Shown here: one piece after another, positions 39,776 to 50,830 of the stretch
How positions within the stretch are numbered: the stretch's first letter is position 1
Layout of the letters: every line of letters starts with the position of its first letter
Assembly (NCBI GenBank): GCA_964016885.1
Contig: OZ024742.1
Location: forward strand, 102,920,001 to 102,984,000
Length of the DNA: 64,000 bases
Direction: 5' to 3'
From: Eledone cirrhosa
Lineage: Eukaryota
Notes under the pieces: model-generated
What the model was told of the DNA's origin: nothing
Seen by the model: only the letters and a program-made list of their open reading frames with translations
Database searches by the model: none
Made by a program: the position numbers and the translations under genes

Positions 39776-40345
39776 TCATGGTTGGGTCGTTGGCGACTAA
39801 ACTGGCAACCCCACCAAGGTTTCTTGGTGAGGAGGGTGACTTTGGACATCCTGCAGGACTAAAAACAAAACCTGTCAAAGGGCAAAGGAGCTCTTAAGAG
39901 TCAATGGCCATCCAAAATCACCGGGAGAGATGACCCCTTAGCCTTTGTCAAGGCAGAATTCTAGGAGAAGGAAAACTCTGATATAACACCTGCAACTCTG
40001 ATGGTATCCAATGATGTTGACTTGTTCTTCTTTTTGGTAAATATCATCTTGGTTAAGAGAGTGGGACTGGCTTTGTGCAGTGCCTTTGCTCACTATAAAA
40101 GCTTCACGGCACAGGCATTGCTTTATATCTGGAGATCTCTCTGCACTTGTCGTTACATGGCACCATGGGCCCAGCACTATGTGTCAATAATTGTCACAAG
40201 TGTAGTGTTTGTACCAGAGTTTTCAAGTCGCTGGCTGGACTAAAAAGTCACACTCGTTCAGCGCATCGGTAGGGGTTCTCCTACATGGATATAAAGTAGT
40301 GGCCGTACTCGAAAACGAGTTGGCAGCCACCATGTATCTATGTAT
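39776..40345 (+). mobile_element. Bipartite non-autonomous RTE-derived retroelement
   Basis: RTE 5'UTR-like ctaggagaaggaaaactctga; C-terminal C2H2 finger CSVCTRVFKSLAGLKSHTRSAHR* at 40201-40272; short-repeat tail; near-identical copy at 44615-45193. Confidence 0.7.
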
Positions 40346-41909
40346 CTTTCCATTTGCTTGTCTTTGTTGAAATCTTGCTCCAGTCTATGTTGACATTTAT
40401 CCCGTTGTTATCAATAGAATACATTTCAATTGTTCATTCTTTCGTACCAGTTAAATTAAACAAGAAAGTATATGACAGCAGCAGATTGACAGAATCGATA
40501 GAGTGTCGGTCAACATGCATTATGGCATAGAGATATATCTCTTTACTTTCTGAGTTCAAATCCCACCGAGGTTAGCTTTGCCTTACGGGGTCGATAAAAT
40601 AAAGTACCAGTAACGCACTGGGGTCGATTATATCGCACCAGTACTTTACTGGTACTTTATTTTTATCGACCTTGAAAAGATAAAAAGCAAAGTTAACCTC
40701 GGTGGGATTTGAACTCACATGTGTTTATATACAATAAACATACATAAGTGTCGCTGTAGGTATCTAAAGCTGTAACATTATTCCACAACCACCTCAGTAA
40801 CCGCGTGACAACACCAAACACTTTAGTATTCCATGATTTAGTTACCCACCATCCGTGACGTTTACTCTCTTTGTATATAATGCAAACCTGCAGTATCAGT
40901 AGAGCGTCAGACATCATGCTTTGAAGCTTTAGCTTTGCCTTTGATCCTTACGGGTTCGATAAAATAAAATACTAGTAACGCACTGGAGTCGATTTAATCG
41001 ACTTTCTCCTCTCTCAAAATTGCTAGCCTTGTGCCTAAATCAGAAACGAATATAAGGGTATATGTAATGTGTTTATATAATGGTTTCGAGAGAGGGACAC
41101 ACGCATACAGACAATTTACTCTTGTGACTGATCACTTCGACAATTTACATCGAAGTTGGAGCTAATTTCACTTCACTTAAATCAGCAATACATCAAAGAA
41201 AGGCATGGACGTTACAATATCCGGTTCCTTATAATTTTACGCAAAAAAGAAATCCTTATATCGATGAACGGGAAACGAATCGAACCATGTAATATCGAAC
41301 GATAAACCTTCAGCTTCCAACATTGTTAAGCCTGCATCATCTTACCCTAAATACGAGATCTGGCTGCTCTCCAATGTTCTACTTTTTAAATTGACTAACC
41401 TCCTCACCTAGCTCCTCCACCCTCACCCTATTTCCGCCGACAGGTAGGCCACAACATGCAATGAATCCACACCCTTCCTAGCTGGGGGCGTCTGCCAGAT
41501 TTTGGTCCCCACCCATCCTACCAATAGACCTCACCCATATTTCTTTGTATATATGTAGACGGTATGACAATTTATTACAGACTAATTATTATTTCCCTTG
41601 GGGTGAAATTTAAAAAGAAGTTAATACTCTATTATCAATATTGGGCGCAGCTTCCATTGTGGGCTACAAGGATCATTATCTGAATATATCAAGCGTTAAA
41701 CTAATATATATATCATCAGTATTGTTTCTCGTGTTATTTTTCTTTGTTTATTTTTCTCTTAAAACATAAAACGCTGGAGGTCAATAAGGGAGGGGTTCTT
41801 CCGGTAGGAGTGAAAAGGCCCTGGATTGAATATATATATATACGGTATATACATACGTTTATGCATTTCTTTTGCAAGATTCTTGATATGAAATCGTGTG
41901 TTGAAACTG

Positions 41910-42232
41910 ATATTGTTATATTTAGAGATGGCCATGTTGCCAGTATTGCCAATAAAAAGAAACACACGCACCATACGATTTTCACCTTTTCATTTTATCT
42001 TTATTACTGGTTATTCGTTAGTGACCTCCTCAATGACTATCTGTTCTATTTTGTGCCTCCTCTTCTTTCTGGTCATCATCTGTTACTCTACCTTGTCATC
42101 AGACAATGTGTGACAAAAGAACTCTGACGAACTAACGAATAACTAGTAATAAAAATAGTGAGAAAGTGCAAATCATATGATGATTGTGTTTCTGTTTTTG
42201 GCAACACGAATATCCCCAAATATTACAATATA
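41910..42232. mobile_element. Old foldback/MITE-like element with about 100-bp imperfect inverted arms
   Basis: ttattactggttattcgttagt / actaacgaataactagtaataa inner arms extending outward. Confidence 0.6.
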
Positions 42233-42538
42233 TATTTAGTTGAAAAGGGGGTAAAGTGCTATACAAAACAAATGTTATAGTTAAAAAGTGAAAGCGAAAA
42301 TGCATAGAAATATATTTAAAGATTATATTTTCTTTAATTGAACGGAATGAAAATTTTGATAATTGTTGCATTAAATATAACCGGTTTCGATTGGTATGAT
42401 AATCTTATCACATATTGACTATTAAATATTTAAAAAGTTTGTTTTCATATATTCTGTGATCAGTTGGAATATATTCACTCTGCTTGTGCATCGAGTGCTC
42501 ATTTTGGTACCACCACCAGTAATTCACAGAATCACATA

Positions 42539-42594
<56 letters not shown>

Positions 42595-43899
42595 ATGTAC
42601 ATATAATATATATATGTGTGTGTGAGCGAAAGAATCAGCTTCTTAACTCAAACCCCACCCCAATCCGATCCCCTCGCCACTGAAGCCAAAAAGATTATCT
42701 AACACCCCGCTTAAGTTCTTCAAATGGATAGATGTGAACTGATATTGATTACAGAGTGGATTAGAAATCATCATCACCACCGTAACTACACCATTATCAT
42801 CAACATCCTTACAACCCCCTCTACCATCACTTGAACGAACTCCAATAAACAGGACACTAGAAGCAGTACGAGATGAATCATCAATTTCGAAGGTTAAATA
42901 GTCGTATGAAGTAATTATTGCTATAATTTACTCTAGTATAAGTCTACCATCTCAACCGATCCTGCATGTGTAAATTCAAACTGAAGTAAATAAGTATCGT
43001 CTATGGGAATGGAACTCATGTGCAGTATACCGGACGCGTGTGGCGTTAACATCACACTAAAGCTAGATTGACCACTTGCCACTTGATAGCTAGTTCGATT
43101 CATACATTTACTAAAGCACTAGCACTGTTTTGTTAGATGCTATAATTTACTACAGAATAAAACTATAAGTTTCAGTGACACTACGGTGAATATGTGAGTA
43201 TATGTGCATGTATGTGCATATATGCGTGTGTGTGTGTATGTGTGCATGCATAAAGATTTACAAGGACGACATAAGATGGGAAAAGTGGGGAGAACCTTCT
43301 ACAAGAATCGAACCATGTATCTGTCGTACGCTAGATAACCCCGATTGAGCTTGTTCGGTTAGATGTTCGTATGTGCTAATTTGACAGATAGAAGTTGTCA
43401 GCTCACGTTGGCAAAATGGAGAGTTTTCCGTCACTTAGAATGATGCCCTAACAAGAACTAGGGGTCTCTTACTCCTGGTGGGCTAACTACACGCTCGGAC
43501 ACAAAACCGAGTATTTTCATGTCGCCGCGCACACACAAACACACACACATATATATATTCAAAATACGTATATACATATTCAGACAAAATGCCTATAAAC
43601 ATGAGTGAGTGCATGTATGTATATATGCGTCTGTACGTGTTCTGTAAATATAGATATCCACATTTCAGCACACACACACGGACATGGCTCTTCTACATAT
43701 ATTTATGCTTATTTGTTTGCATGTATGTTGGTATTTCATTACAGCGATTATAATTCGAAATTTGTTCTATTCCACTTGTTGGTTGATTCACAGATTCGTC
43801 ATCTTCTGCTGCTGCTGTTATTGTTGTTGTCGGTGCTGCTGGTAGCTCACCATCGCATCTTTCTACTGATAGCTTTTAGTTAGCGCCTACACATTGCAG

Positions 43900-43955
43900 G
43901 TAGGACGTCACCTACAGGCGCTCTGATTGGTTGGTTGGTGTGTGACGTCATCAAG
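43900..43955. promoter_or_regulatory. Candidate cAMP-response element and CCAAT cluster
   Basis: TGACGTCA at 43943-43950, GACGTCA at 43904-43910, ATTGG at 43926-43930. Confidence 0.4.
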
Positions 43956-44614
43956 CCAGTGAGTGTGTGAATGAGTGGTGTCCCTGGCAAAAGAAGTTTT
44001 TTATTTATATTTCTTACTTCAGCTGATCGTTATGAGAGGAAGGCAGTTTTGCTCTTTTGTGTATATATGAATGTGTGTGTGTGTCTGTTATGTTCTGTGT
44101 ATATGAGTGTGTAAGTCTGTTATCTATGTATTTGTAAATACTTTGCAGTGCTGTTGGTGTAACATTTATTTGATGTATGTATACAAACACCTAGCTGCTA
44201 GCTTGCTATACTCGAATGCCATGCCACTTAACTCTGAATGACTCGCTTCTTCAGCCACGCTTCATGATTCATGGTTTGGGTAAGATGAAGATCGTTCCTG
44301 GCACAAGTTATGTCGGTAGGTGGGCGCACCCGACCCACACGTAAGGGGGTAGAGACATTAGTGTATATATATATGTGAATGCGTAGCTATGTGTGTATCT
44401 ATGTTTTTTATTGAGAAGGAAGACAGGAAGAAAAGATAAAAGAGGAAACAAATAAAAGGAAGCAGTTAATTTACAAAAGGTGTCTTGGAATACTTCTTGA
44501 AATGTTTAGTCATTTTAATATTTATGGTCGTTACAAAACACACATACATACATGCAAACATTCTAACCGGCTCATTAGTATTTCCGTTGTTCGATACATG
44601 TACGCACACACAGA

Positions 44615-45193
44615 TACATACATACATACATGGTGGCTGCCAACTCGTTTTCGAGTACGGCCACTACTTTATATCCATGTAGGAGAACCCCTACCGATGC
44701 GCTGAACGAGTGTGACTTTTTAGTCCAGCCAGCGACTTGAAAACTCTGGTATAAACACTACACCTGTGACAATTATTGACACATAGTGCTGGGCCCATGG
44801 TACCATGTGACGACAAGTGCAGAGAGATCTCCAGATATAAAGCAATGCCTGTGCCGTGAAGCTTTTATAGTGAGCAAAGGCACTGCACAAAGCCAGTCCC
44901 ACTCTCTTAACTAAGATGATATTTACCAAAAAGAAGAACAAGTCAACATCATTGGATACCATCAGGGTTGCAGGTGTTATATCAGAGTTTTCCTTCTCCT
45001 AGAATTCTGCCTTGACAAAGGCTAAGGGGCATCTCTCCCGGTGATTTTGGATGGCCATTGACTCTTAAGAGCTCCTTTGCCCTTTGCCCTTTGACAGGTT
45101 TTGTTTTTAGTCCTGCAGGATTTCCAAAGTCACCCTCCTCACCAAGAAACCTTGGTGGGGTTGCCAGTTTAGTCGCCAACGACCCGACCATGA
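44615..45193 (-). mobile_element. Second copy of the bipartite RTE-derived element
   Basis: reverse complement of 39776-40345 with few differences. Confidence 0.85.
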
Positions 45194-45206
45194 GACAGGC
45201 TGTGGT

Positions 45207-45315
45207 GACTAAAAAGTCACACTCGTTCAGCGCATTGGTAGGAGTTCTCCTACATGGATATAAAGTAGTGGCCGTACTCGAAAACGAGTTGGCAGCCACC
45301 ATGTATGTATGTATG

Positions 45316-45320
<5 letters not shown>
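45207..45320 (+). mobile_element. 5'-truncated third copy (3' end only) of the RTE-derived element
   Basis: matches 40239-40335; (TATG)n tail. Confidence 0.85.
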
Positions 45321-45389
<69 letters not shown>

Positions 45390-46544
45390 CAATAAGAATT
45401 GCAGCTGTTTGTAAACTTTATTTCATACCACAATTTGTTTCTATTTCTATCAGCTCGGGTTTGATGATGCGATCGCATCCCGTCACTTAATCGACACTTC
45501 ATCAGATATGAGAGTTTACGTGGATGGTCCCATCCAAACTTTTGACATATGTCCCGTGTTCGTTTTATATTTTTATATACATGATATTGGGTTATGGTGG
45601 ATGGGTGGGAGACGGGAATTGCCAATCCACCGCCAAAAGAGTCGGGACTCAACGGCTGAGCTCTTGTCGTTTCAACAGCTAGTTCTAGACTGGCAATTCA
45701 ACAAAAAAATACTGCATTTTTTAAAAATCACCAGTGTGAAAAGGAGATCGTTGATGGAGTCGGGTCCATAACTTTTATGTGTGACACTGAGCCAATCCAC
45801 GGCGAAACGCGCGTAACAGCTCGATACATAATAGAAAAAACTAACTACGTGTAAACAAAACTTTATCGTTTTTCTTTATATATATATTTGTGCGTTCGTG
45901 TGTGTATGTATGTGTGAATGCGTGCGTGCGTGTGTGTGTGCATGTATTTCGTTTCCATCGGAAGTGATGTATTTTGTTTGCATAAAAATCCAGTGTTTTA
46001 TTTTCCGGAGACTTTTAACATTGTTGTTCAGTTTCCATTTATTCAAATGCACACAAAACACTCAGCTACATTCGAAATATATTAATATATGAAAAAGAAA
46101 TGTAGTTTTGCAGCTGTAAATACCCTAACACTAACCCTAATAAGTTATTGATTGAAATAAAATTCTGATTTCACCCTTTTCGCCAATTATTTAATTGTTA
46201 AAAAAATGTAGATCCGAATCACTGATGTTCAAAACGAAAAAAGAAAAAATAGGAACTTGAATTTCATTCTCTCTCTCTCTATTTTTTAATCATTGGTAAA
46301 ATGTTCAAATCCCGCCGAGGTCAACTTTACCTTTCATCCTTTCGACGTCGATAAAAAAAGTACCAGTCTAGTACTGGGGTCGAGTTTTCCTCTCTCTCAC
46401 TTTCTATTTCTTCTGGAAGAAAGGAAGAAATCTGCTGTACCTTTACAAATATAAACAACATATTGATACCCTGCAAATATAAACAAACAATAAACTGATG
46501 CCCTTCAAATGCAATATTTGTAATTTTGTGTATATATATGGGGT

Positions 46545-49500
46545 GAGGACCTAGAGGTTATTTACAGGTCATCTCTATCAAAGATGTCCTTATCATCTTA
46601 GGCGACTGAAATGCCAAGTAAGCCTGGATGCATATAATCATGGACAGTGAAGTAATTTGGGATCGGAGAAACCAACGATCGTGAACTCCGATCCCAGAAT
46701 TTGCTAGCACCCACAAGCTGTTCCGAGCTATCACATTTTCTCACACAAAACCTCGCAGAGAACATTTTCAGGACTCACAATCAAATTGACAGCCTCGTAC
46801 CTCAAAGACTCAGGTTTATTATCAATAAGGCCAAGAGTAAGACCTTCTCTGACACTGATGTTGACAGTGATCACCGATATAGTGTTTATGACACTGAAGT
46901 TGACAGTGATCACCGATATAGTGTTTATGACACTGAAGTTGACAGTGATCACCGATATAGTGTTTATGACACTGAAGTTGACAGTGATCACCGATATAGT
47001 GTTTATGACACTGAAGTTGACAGTGATCACCGATATAGTGTTTATGACACTGAAGTTGACAGTGATCACCGATATAGTGTTTATGACACTGAAGTTGACA
47101 GTGATCACCGATATAGTGTTTATGACACTGAAGTTGACAGTGATCACCGACATAGTGTTTATGACACTGATGTTGACAGTGATCACCGATATAGTGTTTA
47201 TGACACTGATGTTGACAGTGATCACCGATATAGTGTTTATGACACTGATGTTGACAGTGATCACCGATATAGTGTTTATGACACTGATGTTGACAGTGAT
47301 CACCGATATAGTGTTTATGACACTGAAGTTGACAGTGATCACCGATATAGTGTTTATGACACTGAAGTTGACAGTGATCACCGACATAGTGTTTATGACA
47401 CTGATGTTGACAGTGATCACCGATATAGTGTTTATGACACTGATGTTGACAGTGATCACCGATATAGTGTTTATGACACTGAAGTTGACAGTGATCACCG
47501 ATATAGTGTTTATGACACTGAAGTTGACAGTGATCACCGATATAGTGTTTATGACACTGAAGTTGACAGTGATCACCGATATAGTGTTTATGACACTGAA
47601 GTTGACAGTGATCACCGATATAGTGTTTATGACACTGAAGTTGACAGTGATCACCGATATAGTGTTTATGACACTGAAGTTGACAGTGATCACCGATATA
47701 GTGTTTATGACACTGAAGTTGACAGTGATCACCGATATAGTGTTTATGACACTGAAGTTGACAGTGATCACCGATATAGTGTTTATGACACTGAAGTTGA
47801 CAGTGATCACCGATATAGTGTTTATGACACTGAAGTTGACAGTGATCACCGATATAGTGTTTATGACACTGAAGTTGACAGTGATCACCGATATAGTGTT
47901 TATGACACTGAAGTTGACAGTGATCACCGATATAGTGTTTATGACACTGAAGTTGACAGTGATCACCGATATAGTGTTTATGACACTGAAGTTGACAGTG
48001 ATCACCGATATAGTGTTTATGACACTGAAGTTGACAGTGATCACCGATATAGTGTTTATGACACTGATGTTGACAGTGATCACCGATATAGTGTTTATGA
48101 CACTGATGTTGACAGTGATCACCGATATAGTGTTTATGACACTGAAGTTGACAGTGATCACCGATATAGTGTTTATGACACTGAAGTTGACAGTGATCAC
48201 CGATATAGTGTTTATGACACTGATGTTGACAGTGATCACCGATATAGTGTTTATGACACTGAAGTTGACAGTGATCACCGATATAGTGTTTATGACACTG
48301 ATGTTGACAGTGATCACCGATATAGTGTTTATGACACTGAAGTTGACAATGATCACCGATATAGTGTTTATGACACTGAAGTTGACAGTGATCACCGATA
48401 TAGTGTTTATGACACTGAAGTTCGGGCTCAAAAAGATCTACAAGAAAAGAACTACCTATTTAAGTTTTGATGTTAAACTAAGATATCCAAGTGTTGCAAC
48501 AATGTTTGAGGTCAACGTCAGCTGCAAGTTTGCAGCCCCCAACTTACTAGAAGAATATATATACTCCCTGACTGACAGCATCATAGAAGTGTTGCATAAA
48601 TCAGCTTTAAAAGTGCTGGGGGATAAAAAAAAGAAAGAAAAAGAAACCATTAGTCACTAATGACATCCTGGACTTATGTGATATTGAAGTAATGAAGCAA
48701 TGTATTCCTGTGAAGAAGTATGTCAGAAAAATAAAGAAAGAAGCTAAGAAATAGGATAACAGATGGATTTAATAGCACCAAAGATAGGATTTTAAAATGT
48801 TCAATGACATGGCTGTTTATAAAACACGTAAAATGTTATTAAAAATGAAGCGACTCATTGTCACTATCATCAAGGTCAAAACAGTTTTCCTCACATATGA
48901 GACTGTTGTTATCAGAAGATGGTCTGAATATTGCAAAGATCTCTGCCACCACAAACTCAGACATGACATTAGCATTCTGAATGATTTCATCAACAATAAC
49001 ATGGAACTTGAGGATACTCCAATACTCTAGGAAGAAGCCGAATAGGAAGGAAAATCCCCGAGCAACCTAAGTCTCTTTCAGAACCATAAAAACATCCGTC
49101 TGATTTGTCATCCTAGTAAAGTACTGCAGAAAGTTTTTCTAAATAGACTTATGAAGATAGCAGCAGAACAGGCAGAATTCAGACAAAAAAAAAAGAAGAA
49201 AAAAAGTACAGTGGAGCAGAAATTTAGCACCAGACTGCTAACCGAAAAACATCTGCAACGTCAAACTGATCTGTTATAATTTCCTTGACTTCAATAAAAT
49301 CTCTGGCTGTCTTTGGCACGAGGGTTTGCGGCACGTGATGAGGGATTACAATTCCGACAGCAACTTCATCGAAATAATTCAAGAACAATACGAAAACTCA
49401 AACAGTTTAGTTCTCATTAATAAAACCGGAGCCTTCTTCAAGACAACAGTTGAAGTTCAACAAGACTGTCTCCTCTCTCGGGTGCTTTTTAAGATCTTCC

Positions 49501-50160
49501 TGGAAAACATCATGCAAGAGGCACCACTTCACTTCCACACTTTCATTTTATCATGAGCCTTCGTTTTGCTGAACTTACTGGAAAGCATTGAAGCAGAAGT
49601 CCAGTGAGCAACTTTAAATAACTAGGTCGGCAGTTCACTAAAGCATATAAGATTCGACCCGGTCTCTTCTTCCATGACAAGCTGAACATTATATGGAAAG
49701 GCAATTCCATCAGTTTTCCCGCGAAGCTTAATCTGTACAAGTCTCTGATGACCTCGATACTTTCGTATGAGTGTGAGAGCTACACACTTACAGCCGACGT
49801 GGTACGAAACATCCAGCTTCAGAAGACTACTGTGCATTTCTTACAGAGATCACAAGACAAACAGCTTCTCCAGGCAGCAAGTCAACAAATATGCTGGCAA
49901 GCAAGATCAGTGAAAGATGAAGGCTCGCCTTTGTACGGACATGTATCCCGCTACGACTCTCTTTCCAAAACCATTCTCCGGGGAACAGTTGAAGGAGGAC
50001 GAAGAAGTGTCAGACAAAAAAGTTCTGGCCCGACAATATCAATGACTGGATAGGTCTCGGTAATGCGTCTCTTCTACGTATGATGGACAACAGAGACTAG
50101 TTGCGATTGTTGACTGCGAAAACGTCTGGAGTGGCACCTCTAGTTACAAGAAGACAGTTT
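46545..50160 (+). mobile_element. Decayed RTE-clade LINE (APE endonuclease plus RT) interrupted by minisatellite
   Basis: LIILGD*NAK, GIGETNDR, HNQID, SDH; LICHPSKVL, FFKTTVEVQQDCLLS, LRFA; C-terminal YGHVSRYDSLSKTILRGTVEGGRR. Confidence 0.88.
46851..48422. repeat. 39-bp minisatellite, 40 copies plus 12 bp
   Basis: unit gacactga(a/t)gttgacagtgatcaccgatatagtgtttat; 1560/39 = 40. Confidence 0.98.
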
Positions 50161-50226
50161 GAATGTCTTTGATCATTTGTGTGTTCTATCAAACTTGATC
50201 TGAGGCTACACCACAACAACAATCAT

Positions 50227-50403
50227 TGGTGGATTGGCAGTATTAGTAGAGGGTCGGACGCCATGCTTTGCAGCCCTTTACGGTCTGAGTTTAAACCCCG
50301 CCGAGGTTAACTTTCCCTTTCATCCTTATAGGTCGATAAAATAAAGTACCCGTAATGCACTGGAATAATTGCTGTCCTTGTGCCAAAAGTAGAAAAAATT
50401 ATT
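50227..50403 (+). mobile_element. SINE family A, diverged
   Basis: matches consensus. Confidence 0.8.
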
Positions 50404-50489
50404 ATGCAAGTTCTCATTTACAGCAGTGACGTCAATGATGACAGCAATAACGTTGAACGGATTTCATTTTTGGAGTCAGGATTGGTATG

Positions 50490-50830
50490 CTATATAATAT
50501 AATATAATGTAACGAAAATTATTGTGTACAGTGTTAAGGTGCACTACAACTCATCAAATATGCATGTATATTACATAGATTAATGTACAAATGTCAGGAA
50601 AGTGAACAGTGTATGAGTCATGGCATACACACAGGCACATACGTGCATGTGTATGGAGGGGGAATATCAGGTGTAGTGTTGGCGAAATTTCGGGAAGCAT
50701 GGAAGTTTTGAAGAATGCAGTGTCCTGACAGCTGACAACTGATGTAGGTAGTTTGCTCCATGCTTCAGCAAGTCTGAGCGTGAAAAAAAGTTTTCGAAAG
50801 TCATGGGACAGGATTACTGGATACACGAAC
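50490..50830 (-). mobile_element. CR1-clade LINE 3' end
   Basis: RKLFFTLRLAEAWSKLPTSVVSCQDTAFFK resembles CR1 ORF2 C-terminus; short-repeat tail. Confidence 0.7.

Noticed and set aside
40001-40243. Conserved 80-aa protein present twice
   Set aside because: Explained by recent duplication of the repeat; the recognisable zinc finger is in a different frame
46121-46140. Interstitial telomeric repeat (CCCTAA)
   Set aside because: Only about 3 degenerate units
46701-48660. 589-, 566- and 624-aa ORFs as host protein genes
   Set aside because: They are open only because the 39-bp unit lacks stops; the flanks are a decayed LINE
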